A stretch of 64,000 nt of DNA from an uncultured bacterium (lineage in GTDB: Bacteria > Omnitrophota > Omnitrophia > Omnitrophales > Aquincolibacteriaceae). The stretch covers positions 18,197 through 82,196 of the forward strand of contig CAYSSX010000001.1 of NCBI GenBank assembly GCA_964434115.1. The letters run 5' to 3'. This document shows positions 26,794 through 36,146 of the stretch, in pieces. Numbering within the stretch: the stretch's first letter is position 1; each line of letters begins with the position of its first letter. The translations under genes were made by a program, and so were the position numbers. A model generated the notes under the pieces. The model searched no databases. It saw only the letters and a list, made by a program, of their open reading frames with translations, and had not been told where the DNA came from.

Positions 26794-28356
26794 ATGAAAC
26801 GTGAAATTCTTATCAGTCTTGAGGCCGGCGAAAAACGTGTCGCGATCCTTGAAGAAGACCATCTCGAAGAACTCTATATGGAACGTGCCGAAGTCACCGG
26901 CATGTTCGGCAACATCTATAAGGGCCGCGTGAAAACGGTCATTCCCGGTATTGGGGCAGCCTTTGTGGACCTCGGTACTAAAAAGGACGGGTTTCTTTAC
27001 GTTGCCGATGCCACGGGAAGTCCTATGGATCTGGACCTTGAAGGGGAAGCCGCGAGCCCTGTGCCCGAGGCTGACGGGGAAGGCGAGGGGGACGAAGAGC
27101 CTCATGCGGCCGCCCCGCGCCGCCATCACCGGCACCGCGAAAAGCTTAAATCCATTGATGAGGTCTTAAAAGTCGGGCAGGAAGTCATTGTGCAGGTTGT
27201 GAAGGAAGCGATCCGCACCAAGGGACCCCGCCTGACCACGCACTTTTCCATTCCGGCCCGCTACCTGGTCATGATGCCGGGCGAATCCAAGGTTGGGATC
27301 TCCCGCAAGATCGAGGACCGCAAAGAGCGCGACAAGATCAAGGCCATCTTTGAAAATATGGAAATTCCCAAGGGTGTCGGATTTATTGTCCGTACCGCGG
27401 GAGAAGGTAAAAGCGAAAATGAATTCAGCCGCGACATCCGCTACCTAACGCGTCTTTGGAAAAAAATCCATACCTCCATGCAGTATAAGAAGGCGCCGGC
27501 GCTTATCCATCAGGAGCTTGACCTTGTTGAACGCGTGATCCGCGACCACTTGACGGATGAAACCGACAAAATCGTGGTGGACCATAAAGACCTTCTTCAC
27601 AAGGTGAAGCGCTTTCTTGGAATCTATCTGCCCGGTCAAAATGTGGAAGTCGAGCTTTACCAGGCCGAGGTGCCTCTTTTCGAAAAGTATAAAGTGGAAA
27701 AGGAAATTGAACGCACCTTCCAGAAAAATGTCTTTCTGAAATCCGGCGGGCATCTTGTGATCGAGCAGACGGAGAGTCTTGTCGCGATCGACGTTAACAC
27801 CGGAAAATTCACCGGTACGAAAAATCTGGAAGAAACGGTGTACCGCACCAACATGGAAGCCGCTTGGGAAGTCGCGCGCCAGCTTAGACTCCGCGACATG
27901 GGCGGCATCATCATTATCGATTTTATCGATATGGAGAAGCATGAGCACCGGCGCAATCTCCTGAAAGTGTTCAAAGAAGCCGTCCGGCCCGACCGCGCGA
28001 AAATCAACATTCTCCCGATGTCGGAGCTTGGGCTTGTGGAAATGACTCGCCAGAGAATTAAGGGTTCCCTGGAGAGTGCCGTGCACAAGACATGTCCTTA
28101 CTGCGAAGGGAAGGGCATTGTGAAGTCGCCGACCACCATGGCGATTCAGACGATCCGCGAACTTCGTAAATCCCTGATTAACACGCCGGGACGGATGATT
28201 AACGCCTATGTTCATCCGAGTGTTTCCGAGCGTCTTCTCAATCAGGAGAAACGCGCGCTTCAGCAGTTAGAGAAAAATACACGGAGCCGGATTTTCGTGT
28301 TTTCGGATCCCTCGCTCCATGTGGAAGACATTAACCTGACGTTCATTCAATCCTGA
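26794..28356 (+). CDS. rng: Ribonuclease G/E family endoribonuclease (Rng-like, 520 aa) with an acidic insert after the S1 domain
   Basis: The S1 domain (GNIYKGRVKTVIPGIGAAFVDLG) and the RNase E/G catalytic core (DFIDM) are present, with a small Zn-link-like CPYCEGKG. A 277-bp 5' region lies upstream. Confidence 0.85.
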   Translation: MKREILISLEAGEKRVAILEEDHLEELYMERAEVTGMFGNIYKGRVKTVIPGIGAAFVDLGTKKDGFLYVADATGSPMDLDLEGEAASPVPEADGEGEGDEEPHAAAPRRHHRHREKLKSIDEVLKVGQEVIVQVVKEAIRTKGPRLTTHFSIPARYLVMMPGESKVGISRKIEDRKERDKIKAIFENMEIPKGVGFIVRTAGEGKSENEFSRDIRYLTRLWKKIHTSMQYKKAPALIHQELDLVERVIRDHLTDETDKIVVDHKDLLHKVKRFLGIYLPGQNVEVELYQAEVPLFEKYKVEKEIERTFQKNVFLKSGGHLVIEQTESLVAIDVNTGKFTGTKNLEETVYRTNMEAAWEVARQLRLRDMGGIIIIDFIDMEKHEHRRNLLKVFKEAVRPDRAKINILPMSELGLVEMTRQRIKGSLESAVHKTCPYCEGKGIVKSPTTMAIQTIRELRKSLINTPGRMINAYVHPSVSERLLNQEKRALQQLEKNTRSRIFVFSDPSLHVEDINLTFIQS

Positions 28357-28369
28357 TTCAAGGAGCGGT

Positions 28370-29428
28370 GTGAATATTCTGATCACGGTACTGCTTCTTT
28401 TGACGCTGGCCATGCTGGGGGTGCTCCTTACGGTCCTCCTGCGCAAGCCGGCGGAAAAACCCCGTGAAGCGGAACCGGTTCTGCCTCTTCTTGTCGAGTT
28501 TCAAAAAGAGCTGGCATCCCTCAAGGGCGCTTTGAAAGACCAAAGCCTTGAGTTGTCGAGGCAGGTTCAGGATCAATTCAAGCAGAACCAGGTTTTTCTC
28601 CAGGAAACCCACCGCGGTTACACCCAGGCCGTGGGAACGATTCAGCACCGGCTGGGAGAACTTCAGCAGGCCACGCAATCCATGGTCACCATTGGCCGCG
28701 ATATTGCTTCGCTTCAGGACATCCTTCGTTCGCCCAAACTCCGGGGCGGGCTGGGGGAGCTTCTTCTCGCGGAACTGCTGAGGCAGATCCTTCCCGAAGA
28801 ACATTACTCCCTGCAGTATTCTTTTCAGAGCGGGCAAAAGGTCGATGCCGTGATCCGCCTTGGCGACGGCCTTATTCCCGTGGACGCGAAATTTCCTCTC
28901 GAGAATTTCCGGCGCATCCAGGAAGCCGAAGGCGAGGAGGCGCAGAAAGCCGCGAAAAAGGTTTTTCTTTCGGATGTCAAAAAGCACGTGGATTCTATTG
29001 CCTCAAAATACATTCTTCCGGCTGAAGGCACCTTTGAATTCGCTTTGATGTACATTCCGGCGGAAAACGTTTACTACGAAACCATTCTTAAAGATGACAA
29101 CCAGACCGAGAGCCTGGGGCAGTACGCTTTGGCCCGCAAAGTGGTGCCTGTTTCGCCGAACAGTTTTTACGCCTACCTTCAGGCGATTGTGCGCGGGCTG
29201 AAGGGGCTGCGTATTGAGAAATCAGCGCAGGAAATTCTCCGCAGTCTCGGCCAGCTGGAAACGGATTTTTCAAAATGCCTCGAAGATTTTGAAAAGGTCG
29301 GAACGCATTTATCCAACGCGCATTCGGCGTACGAAAAAACCGGAAAACGCTTTGAGAAAATTCACGGCAAGCTTTCAGCTATTGAGAAACACGACGCGCC
29401 CCCGGGACTGCTTCCCGGGCTGGAATGA
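28370..29428 (+). CDS. rmuC: DNA recombination protein RmuC
   Basis: It has an N-terminal TM helix, a coiled-coil and the RmuC C-domain (FALMYIPAENVYYE). Confidence 0.85.
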   Translation: MNILITVLLLLTLAMLGVLLTVLLRKPAEKPREAEPVLPLLVEFQKELASLKGALKDQSLELSRQVQDQFKQNQVFLQETHRGYTQAVGTIQHRLGELQQATQSMVTIGRDIASLQDILRSPKLRGGLGELLLAELLRQILPEEHYSLQYSFQSGQKVDAVIRLGDGLIPVDAKFPLENFRRIQEAEGEEAQKAAKKVFLSDVKKHVDSIASKYILPAEGTFEFALMYIPAENVYYETILKDDNQTESLGQYALARKVVPVSPNSFYAYLQAIVRGLKGLRIEKSAQEILRSLGQLETDFSKCLEDFEKVGTHLSNAHSAYEKTGKRFEKIHGKLSAIEKHDAPPGLLPGLE

Positions 29429-29444
29429 AGACGGAGTTTGAGTT

Positions 29445-30038
29445 TTGGGCCTCTTCGATAAACTAAAAAAGTTTCTCTTCGGTCCTTTTAAGCCTTCCCG
29501 GAAAAAACGCAGCAAAAAAAAGCGCTCCAAGCGCCGCGCCTCTTCACCGGTCCGCAAAAAAAGCGGGACCTCCACGAAAACGGTCCGGAAAGCCCCCTCT
29601 CAAAAGCCGCGGACACCCAGGCCATTGCCGAAGAAAAAACTTCTTGCTGGTAAAACTCTAAAGCCTGCCCTGAAACCCGTGGTTTTGAAGAAAACCAGCA
29701 AGGGTTCAGCGTCTAAACCGGCCCTTAAAAAGACCGCCCCAAAAGCCGGAAAAATTTTAAAATCCGTTCCTGAATCGCCGGGCATTTATCTGGGTGCAAT
29801 TACTCATTACTTTGCCAAAGTTCAGGCTGCCGTAATTCCGCTTGAAGAAACCCTTAAGGTAGGGGATAAAATAGTCATTCACAACGCTGCGGGTCCGCTT
29901 TTCAAGCAGCCGGTCAAGTCCATCCAGATCAACCGTATTCCGATTGATGAGGGACGGCCGGGCGAGGAAGTGGGGCTTGAAGTGCTGAAACACGTCAGTG
30001 TCGGGGACAAAGTTTACCGTCTTAAAGCCAGCCGTTAA
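29445..30038 (+). CDS. Hypothetical protein with a Lys/Ala/Pro-rich histone-H1-like N-terminal tail and a C-terminal EF-Tu domain-2-like beta-barrel
   Basis: The N-terminal ~110 aa is low-complexity basic (KKRSKKKRSKRR...KPALKKTAPKAGK). The C-terminal segment VGDKIVIH...IDEGRPGEEVGLEV...VGDKVY resembles the translation-protein beta-barrel (compare EF-Tu D2 LDEGRAGENVGVLL). Confidence 0.5.
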   Translation: MGLFDKLKKFLFGPFKPSRKKRSKKKRSKRRASSPVRKKSGTSTKTVRKAPSQKPRTPRPLPKKKLLAGKTLKPALKPVVLKKTSKGSASKPALKKTAPKAGKILKSVPESPGIYLGAITHYFAKVQAAVIPLEETLKVGDKIVIHNAAGPLFKQPVKSIQINRIPIDEGRPGEEVGLEVLKHVSVGDKVYRLKASR

Positions 30039-30050
30039 CGGGAGGTTTTT

Positions 30051-30371
30051 ATGGCCAAGGAATTCATCAGGATATACCGTGAACTGGATCTTGAAGAAGT
30101 GGCCAAGCATCTTCTGATTATGGGGGATTTAAGCGGGGACTGCGCCTCCTGCCGCTGTCTTGGAATTGATTACTATTCCGCCGGAACCTGTCCGGAATGC
30201 GGAGTTCCCTTTAAGTACGTGACCAGCCGCAGGCTAGAGGCCAACCCCGGCGAGCGGTTCCAGCTCGCGCGCCGCATGCGGGACAAACGCCCGGACCTGA
30301 CGTTCATCGATTACACGGATTATCAAAAGCTGATGGGCCAGAAAAAAGCCCGCGATTTTTTTGGATCGTAA
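30051..30371 (+). CDS. Small hypothetical protein with a zinc-ribbon-like Cys motif
   Basis: It is 106 aa with CASCRC...CPEC. RBS gggagg lies upstream. Confidence 0.5.
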   Translation: MAKEFIRIYRELDLEEVAKHLLIMGDLSGDCASCRCLGIDYYSAGTCPECGVPFKYVTSRRLEANPGERFQLARRMRDKRPDLTFIDYTDYQKLMGQKKARDFFGS

Positions 30372-30449
30372 AACCCGGGGCAGCCGGAAGGCTCGTCCCT
30401 CAACCCAATCCCTCCCCGAATTTTGTATAACTATTTTCAAGGAGGCGTT

Positions 30450-30947
30450 ATGAAAAAGTTTTTTGCAGTTTTGTTTTTGGGAATGTCTGTTTTTTTACAG
30501 CGCGCAGAAGCGACCACAGGAGTGGTTGAAGAAGACGGCCGTAAAGTCGGAACCTGGGTGGAAAATGACGGCCAGGACCGTAAGGAAAAGATCAAAGTCA
30601 AAAAACCCGAAGAAAGCGAAGCTCCTGCTCTGACCGGGGCGGCAGTTCCTCTTGAGAGTGAGTTAACAAGAGAGGAAGCTGCTTTGGAAATGGGGAAGCG
30701 GCAGAACTGGGGCATTGTGAAGGGCATGACGCGGGAAAAAGTCGAAGAGGCTGCGGCTTTGCGGGGGTTCAGGCATGAGAATGAGCATACCGAAACCATC
30801 ATGGATTCCTTCGGAGCGCCGCGGGGTTTTTTAGTGTATGAGTACCGCTTTAAGACCGAGCATTTTGAGCATCTGAAAAAAGTTTATTTTGAACCCACGA
30901 ATATGCTCGTGGCTCAGATTTTGGAAACCCAGGAACCCCGGCCCTAA
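30450..30947 (+). CDS. Secreted hypothetical protein
   Basis: It has a signal peptide (MKKFFAVLFLGMSVFLQRAEA) and no recognisable domain. Confidence 0.5.
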   Translation: MKKFFAVLFLGMSVFLQRAEATTGVVEEDGRKVGTWVENDGQDRKEKIKVKKPEESEAPALTGAAVPLESELTREEAALEMGKRQNWGIVKGMTREKVEEAAALRGFRHENEHTETIMDSFGAPRGFLVYEYRFKTEHFEHLKKVYFEPTNMLVAQILETQEPRP

Positions 30948-30953
30948 AAAACG

Positions 30954-32282
30954 ATGATGCTTTCCGAGAAACCTCTTTTCCGTATTGCGGTGTCGATCGC
31001 GGAGCGTTTGAAGCTTCACGGCCACACGGCGTATTTTGCCGGGGGCTGTGTCCGTGACTTTTTGATGGGGCGGGAGCCCGAGGATGTGGATATTGCCACA
31101 TCCGCGGTCCCTGACGAGATTGAAAAGATTTTTCCGCATACGGTTCCGGTCGGAAAACAATTCGGGGTTATTCTGGTGATGGAAGGGGAGCTGCCTTTTG
31201 AAGTTGCGACTTTCCGCACCGAAGGCGGTTACCAGGACGGCCGGCATCCGACTCAAGTCAGCTTTACCGGCCCTGAGGAAGATGCCTCCCGCCGCGATTT
31301 TACCGTGAACGGAATTTTTTATGATCCGCATTCCGGAAAGGTCATTGATTTTGTGGGTGGGGAAGCGGATCTCAAGCTCAAGACCCTCCGGGCGATCGGT
31401 GATCCGGAAAAGAGATTTGAAGAAGACAAACTCAGGCTGATGCGGGCCGTGCGTTTTGCTTCTTCGCTCGGTTTTGAAATCGAAGATAAAACCTGGGCTG
31501 CTTTGTGCCGGAAAGCCTCCGAAATTGTTTGCGTGAGTCCGGAGCGGATCCGTGAAGAGCTGGTTAAAATGCTGACCCGCCCCGGCGCGGCAAGGGGATT
31601 TCAGCTTCTTTCCGAATGCGGGCTGATGAAGGTCATTCTGCCTGAAATCGAAGCCATGAAAGGGGTTGCCCAGCCGCCGGAATTTCACCCCGAAGGGGAT
31701 GTTTTTGTACACACGAAGCTGCTCCTTGAAAAACTCAAGGACCCCACGGCGACGCTTGCGCTGGCCGCGCTTTTTCATGATGTGGCCAAACCCCGGACTT
31801 ATTCGGTGGATGAAAACGGCAGGATCCGTTTTAACCAGCACGCTCCGCTGGGTGCGAGAATGACCCGCGAGATCATGAAGAGACTCCGGTTTTCGAATGA
31901 TGAAATTGACAAGGTTTCTTCTTCGGTGGAGCATCACATGACGTTTAAAGATGCTCCGAAAATGAGAGAGGGGAAACTGAAGCTCTTTATTTCGCGCCCG
32001 AATTTCAGCGAAGAGCTTGAGCTTCACAGGATTGACTGTCTTTCGGCCTCCGGGAACCTTGAAAATTACGAGTTTATCCGCAGGAAGCTGGAAAGTTATG
32101 CCAGCGAACCTTTGCGCCCGAAACCGATTCTGACGGGACACGATTTGATTGCGCTGGGTGCTAAACCAGGGCCAGAGATGAAGCTCGTTCTTGACGAGGC
32201 CTATGAGCTTCAGCTTGAAAAGAAGCTGACAAGCCGGGAGGAGGCCCTTCAATGGGCCAAAACCCGGGTGGGGAATCCCTAA
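30954..32282 (+). CDS. cca: CCA-adding tRNA nucleotidyltransferase with an HD domain
   Basis: It has the Pol-beta nucleotidyltransferase head (GGCVRD...DVDIAT), the tRNA NT motif RRDFTVNG and an HD domain (LFHDVAKP). Confidence 0.85.
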   Translation: MMLSEKPLFRIAVSIAERLKLHGHTAYFAGGCVRDFLMGREPEDVDIATSAVPDEIEKIFPHTVPVGKQFGVILVMEGELPFEVATFRTEGGYQDGRHPTQVSFTGPEEDASRRDFTVNGIFYDPHSGKVIDFVGGEADLKLKTLRAIGDPEKRFEEDKLRLMRAVRFASSLGFEIEDKTWAALCRKASEIVCVSPERIREELVKMLTRPGAARGFQLLSECGLMKVILPEIEAMKGVAQPPEFHPEGDVFVHTKLLLEKLKDPTATLALAALFHDVAKPRTYSVDENGRIRFNQHAPLGARMTREIMKRLRFSNDEIDKVSSSVEHHMTFKDAPKMREGKLKLFISRPNFSEELELHRIDCLSASGNLENYEFIRRKLESYASEPLRPKPILTGHDLIALGAKPGPEMKLVLDEAYELQLEKKLTSREEALQWAKTRVGNP

Positions 32283-32336
32283 AGCTTTCGCCGGATTGAC
32301 CCGATCAAACAGAGTGTTCACCATTAAGGAGGCTTT

Positions 32337-32759
32337 ATGCGGAAATCATGGTTATGGCTGGCAATTCTGCCGCTTTTTATCGCTACGGGTTGTTCCAGGG
32401 TCCAAAAGGTTTCAGCCCTTGAAGGGAAAGGTTTTGAAGCCCCGTATGTTTCACTCGGGACGCTGGTGGTCCAGGAAAACGTGAAGGATTTGTGGGATTT
32501 AGAAGCCCGGAAGGTGATTAAGGAAGCCGGGACGCTTTCTCTGGCCGATACCGCCACCCGGGAAGCGATCTATAAAAAGGCCCTTGCCGAGCGTCTGGAA
32601 AAAACAGCCCAGCAGAAATACGGCGCTCACGCGGTCATCCATCTTGAGTATTGGCCCGACCCTTCAGGGAAGACTTTTCCGGACGGCCTTTTGCATGCCC
32701 GCGGAGAGATGATCCGCTATGAGGAGTTTGCTCAAAGTCCTTCCACTGCAGTGAAGTGA
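32337..32759 (+). CDS. Hypothetical lipoprotein
   Basis: It has a signal peptide with lipobox (LFIATGC) and no recognisable domain. Confidence 0.55.
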   Translation: MRKSWLWLAILPLFIATGCSRVQKVSALEGKGFEAPYVSLGTLVVQENVKDLWDLEARKVIKEAGTLSLADTATREAIYKKALAERLEKTAQQKYGAHAVIHLEYWPDPSGKTFPDGLLHARGEMIRYEEFAQSPSTAVK

Positions 32760-33301
32760 TGAAAATTCTGACGGAAGAAAAAAATTCCAGAATGCTGCCG
32801 CACCGCCTCCTGACAGGGGCCGCGCTTTTGGGGGCTTTGTCTTTTTCATTTCTTCCGCCCGTTTTTGCTGAACGCGTTTCCGCCATTGAAAAAGAGGCGG
32901 TCCTTCGCCTTGAAAGCGGGGGGCGTGTTTTTCTGGCCGGTCTTGATCTTCCCGAAGAGTCCATTCCTCTTTTGAGCATCCTCTTAAGCGGAAAAGACGT
33001 GGAAATCTCAGGGGATCAGAAAAACACAGCGCCCGAAGCCGGACTTCCGGCGCCTTCTTATCTGTATGTCAAAACCTCGGAAATTGAGCTCCCTTTCGCG
33101 AATGCGGTGCCGGCCACTGAAAAAAAAGTGATGATCAATGAACTGCTTGTGGCGATCGGTGCCGCGCGCGTGAAAACCGAACTTGAGTTTGATCACAAGC
33201 AGGACTTTATCCTGCTGGAGGAAAAGGCCCGCGTGGCTGGTCAGGGCCTTTGGTCTTATGCAGAACCCGCTCCATCACCCCCGGTTTCTGGAACCACCTG
33301 A
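32756..33301 (+). CDS. Secreted thermonuclease (SNase-like) family protein
   Basis: It has a signal peptide and a C-terminal SNc-like end (LLVAIGAARV...ARVAGQGLWS). The start may be 32792. Confidence 0.5.
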   Translation: MMKILTEEKNSRMLPHRLLTGAALLGALSFSFLPPVFAERVSAIEKEAVLRLESGGRVFLAGLDLPEESIPLLSILLSGKDVEISGDQKNTAPEAGLPAPSYLYVKTSEIELPFANAVPATEKKVMINELLVAIGAARVKTELEFDHKQDFILLEEKARVAGQGLWSYAEPAPSPPVSGTT

Positions 33302-33323
33302 TTTTTTTTCTGGGGATTCCCTT

Positions 33324-34679
33324 TTGAAAAAATGGCTCCTAAATTTCTGCCTCTTCTGCTTGGCCGGTATTTTATTTTTCTGGGGCGCCTGGACGTTAGG
33401 CGCGCCTTGGACAGTTTCCCGTCTTGAAAACTATGCCCAGCAGCTTCCCTGGGAATTTCAATTCAAGACCTGCCGTGTTAAGCCGGGATGGCCGCCCCGT
33501 ATTTTTTTTGAAGACCTTGCAGTGCGCGCCCCTCAGAGCCAGGAATTGCTTTTAAAAGCGCCTTTGCTTATTGTGACTCCGTCGTGGAAAAGCCTGGCCG
33601 CGGGAGACTGGGTCTTTGAAAAAATGTCTTTTGAAAAACCCGATGTTTATTTTCTGAAAAACTCCGGCGCTTCCTGGAACTGGCAGACGTCCCAAAGTCA
33701 TTTTGACAGGCCCAAAGTTAAAAGCCTTGAAATCCTGCTGGGAACGGTGCATTTCAAATACGGTGAAAAGCGCGGTGAGTTTGACCTTCTTTTGCGGGAC
33801 ATGAACCTGCTCGCCTCCTTGCGGCCGGAAGAAGGCCTTTTTGATTTTGATGCCTTTGGGTTTTTAAAAGCAGACCGGGAAAAAAGCTTCACGCTCAGCG
33901 CGAGTTATTCCCGAGGGAGTGACGAACTCCAGGGGACGTTGAGCCTGGACAGTGAGAAGTGGATGCTGGAGGGGGTCGTGCTTTCACCCTTTAGGGCACC
34001 GTCCTTTGAAGGCAAGCTTGACGCGGCCGGGATTGGGCTTGGGGACCTTTTAAAGGCCTGGGGTATGGCCAAGCCGCTTGTGGATGGAGAGGCTGTTTTT
34101 GAGGGCGAGGGACGTATTCAGGGAGTACTCCCCAAAGAAGCTCCGGGGGCGCTGATTCTTCAGGGCGGTCTGGATGTGAGGCAGGGACGTTTTCTGACTT
34201 TAAACCCGCTTTTGCAGGCGATCCGGGGCGCTCTTCAAAAGTCAAAGGATGAAGTGGATCCCGCGGAACTTGAACAAAGTGACTACCCTTATTTGTTTGT
34301 GGAAGGGAGCCTGCCCTTTGAGTTTTTTCAAGCCAGCCCGGACGTGACGCAAGGCCGGCTTTTCTTGAAAGAAATTCTCGTGAAGCACACCGATTATGTT
34401 TTAGAGGCTGAAGGCAGTTATGGTTTTGAGAGTACGGAAATGGATTTTCGGGGCAAGCTTGTTCTTCTCGAACCTGTAAGCGCTTTTCTTTCGGAAAAAT
34501 ACCCGGGGTTAACGCTTTTTTTGAACCCCCAGAAGAGGCTTGTTTTTCCGGTGGTTTACCGGGGGCTTGCCGCAGACCCTGTTTTTAAATTTGATGAAGA
34601 GATGATGAAAAATCAACTGGGTGAAGGCTCTGCCGCCGTGAGCGAGCCGAGCCCGCCCGCGGCTCCGGCCGCAGCCTAG
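33324..34679 (+). CDS. AsmA-like outer-membrane biogenesis family protein. A TTG start is inferred; the ORF track starts at 33183, overlapping the upstream gene.
   Basis: It has an N-terminal TM anchor (LLNFCLFCLAGILFFW) followed by a long periplasmic beta-rich region typical of the AsmA/TamB-like family. There is no in-frame ATG near the TM. Confidence 0.5.
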   Translation: MKKWLLNFCLFCLAGILFFWGAWTLGAPWTVSRLENYAQQLPWEFQFKTCRVKPGWPPRIFFEDLAVRAPQSQELLLKAPLLIVTPSWKSLAAGDWVFEKMSFEKPDVYFLKNSGASWNWQTSQSHFDRPKVKSLEILLGTVHFKYGEKRGEFDLLLRDMNLLASLRPEEGLFDFDAFGFLKADREKSFTLSASYSRGSDELQGTLSLDSEKWMLEGVVLSPFRAPSFEGKLDAAGIGLGDLLKAWGMAKPLVDGEAVFEGEGRIQGVLPKEAPGALILQGGLDVRQGRFLTLNPLLQAIRGALQKSKDEVDPAELEQSDYPYLFVEGSLPFEFFQASPDVTQGRLFLKEILVKHTDYVLEAEGSYGFESTEMDFRGKLVLLEPVSAFLSEKYPGLTLFLNPQKRLVFPVVYRGLAADPVFKFDEEMMKNQLGEGSAAVSEPSPPAAPAAA

Positions 34680-34687
34680 GAGGATTT

Positions 34688-35233
34688 ATGCCGCAATCCG
34701 TTTTGACTGTGACTGGAAAAGACCAGCCCGGAATTATTGCCCGTATCACGGGGCTCTTGTTTCGCTGCGGGGCCAATCTTGAAGACATCAGCATGACCAT
34801 TCTTGAAAACCAGCTTGCCATGGTCATGATTGTGGATGTTAAAAACAAGTCGGGAGAGGGCCTGATCCGGAAAGCCTTTGCCAAGCTTTCGGGTTCCGGG
34901 CTGTCGGTGACTTACAGGCCGCTTATTTCCCAAAGCCGTGCCGCGGTCAAGCACGCGAAAGGGAGCCGGACTTATATTCTGACCGCGGCCGGGGGCGACC
35001 GGACGGGAATTGTTTTTAAAATCAGCCGTTTTTTTGCCGGGCACCGCCTGAATATTACGGACCTCAACTCAAAAATTTTGCCGCAGGCCTCAGGCGGTCT
35101 TTACGTTCTGATTCTTGAAGTGGATGTCCCGCGCGGTTTTTCCCAGAAGAAAATTGAAAAGGGGATCGCCGCACTCCGCAAGGAACTTCTGATTGATATT
35201 CAATGGCGGCCCGTGGAGTCGCTGGAGTTGTAA
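34688..35233 (+). CDS. Tandem ACT-domain protein (GcvR/UPF0237-like regulatory protein)
   Basis: It has two ACT repeats (VLTVTGKDQPGIIARITG and YILTAAGGDRTGIVFKISR). Confidence 0.75.
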   Translation: MPQSVLTVTGKDQPGIIARITGLLFRCGANLEDISMTILENQLAMVMIVDVKNKSGEGLIRKAFAKLSGSGLSVTYRPLISQSRAAVKHAKGSRTYILTAAGGDRTGIVFKISRFFAGHRLNITDLNSKILPQASGGLYVLILEVDVPRGFSQKKIEKGIAALRKELLIDIQWRPVESLEL

Positions 35234-35751
35234 TGCTGAAGCCTGCCCGCATCAGCCTTTTTCCGGAATCTGTGCTCCGTGCCCCGTGCGAACGGGTCAA
35301 AAAATTCGACTCTGAACTCTTGCATTGGGTCGACCTTCTCGATGTGACCATGCGTGCGCAGAAGCACGGGATTGGGATCGCGGCTCCCCAGATCGGTATC
35401 GCAAAGAGGGTCGCGATTGTGGATGTTTCAACGCGTGTGCCCGGGGCCAAACGGCATGTTCTTGTGAATCCTGAAATTATCGAACATGGAGGCGTTCGTT
35501 TGAGCCGGGAAGGGTGCATGAGCCTTCCGGATTATACAGCCGACCTTCGCCGTTATGACTGGGTCCGCCTGCGGTGGCAGGATGAAGAGGGTCGTTTCCA
35601 TGAGCAAAAATTTGAAGGGATTGAAGCGGTCTGCGTTCAGCACGAAGTCGACCATCTGAAGGGGGTGCTGTTTTTAGACCGCGTGGCCTGCCTTAAAACC
35701 GATATGTATCCCCGAGCTGTAAAGCCCCGTAAAAGCCGTTCTGCCTCATAG
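35233..35751 (+). CDS. def: Peptide deformylase
   Basis: It has the motifs GIGIAAPQIG, EGCMSLP and QHEVDHLKG. Its start overlaps the upstream stop (TAATG). Confidence 0.9.
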   Translation: MLKPARISLFPESVLRAPCERVKKFDSELLHWVDLLDVTMRAQKHGIGIAAPQIGIAKRVAIVDVSTRVPGAKRHVLVNPEIIEHGGVRLSREGCMSLPDYTADLRRYDWVRLRWQDEEGRFHEQKFEGIEAVCVQHEVDHLKGVLFLDRVACLKTDMYPRAVKPRKSRSAS

Positions 35752-36146
35752 ACTGTCCGGGACGAAACCTACCCGTACGGTTAAGACCCCCAAAAAATAT
35801 TTAAAAAATGAGCCTCCCGATTTGCAAATTTGAAAATCAGGTGTTACGCTTACGCCATTCTTCGCACGGGTGATGAAAATAAACACCCTCAAAAGCCTGA
35901 AATTAGTGCCTCCAAGTTATTGAAATTAAAAGACTTGTGGTGACAATAAAAACAGCGTCTAAAATAATAGACAAATTTTCAGGCGAGGCTTACAAAGCGA
36001 TGTTCAGTAGGATAAACAAATTCTCAAGCACCTACTAGCAGAATGAAACACTCGGACGCAGCTGTTAATAGCTTTTTAAGAGTTTAGAGTTGGCACGATT
36101 CATGTACAATACTAGACTCTCCCGGACATAGTCAGACATTGCGAGA
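35752..36146. promoter_or_regulatory. A ~400-bp AT-rich intergenic region marking the 5' boundary of the EPS locus. It contains the inverted repeat ACTCTC-N22-GAGAGT (~36113-36146) just upstream of the HTH gene.
   Basis: GC content is visibly lower than in the flanks. It contains a TGGCAC hexamer (~36088), but the -12 element is not matched. No tRNA-like T-loop motif is present. Confidence 0.5.

Noticed and set aside
26528-26794. An 88-aa Cys/Arg-rich ORF on the minus strand filling the rng upstream gap
   Set aside because: It has no RBS or start context that I could support, its composition is antisense-like, and the region is better explained as the rng 5' UTR.
30831-32324. A 497-aa ORF on the minus strand, opposite the CCA-adding enzyme gene
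   Set aside because: It is antisense to a strongly supported cca (GGCVRD, RRDFTVNG, HD domain). It has a His/Arg-rich low-information translation.
36085-36105. A TGGCAC hexamer upstream of the EPS locus, considered as a sigma-54 promoter
   Set aside because: The -12 element (TTGCA/TTGCW) is not present at the required spacing; the sequence is TGGCACGATTCATGTACA.
35752-36146. A possible tRNA or integrase-associated att site in the AT-rich boundary region
   Set aside because: There is no GTTCRANYC T-loop motif or cloverleaf-like segment, and no integrase or transposase gene occurs anywhere in the window.
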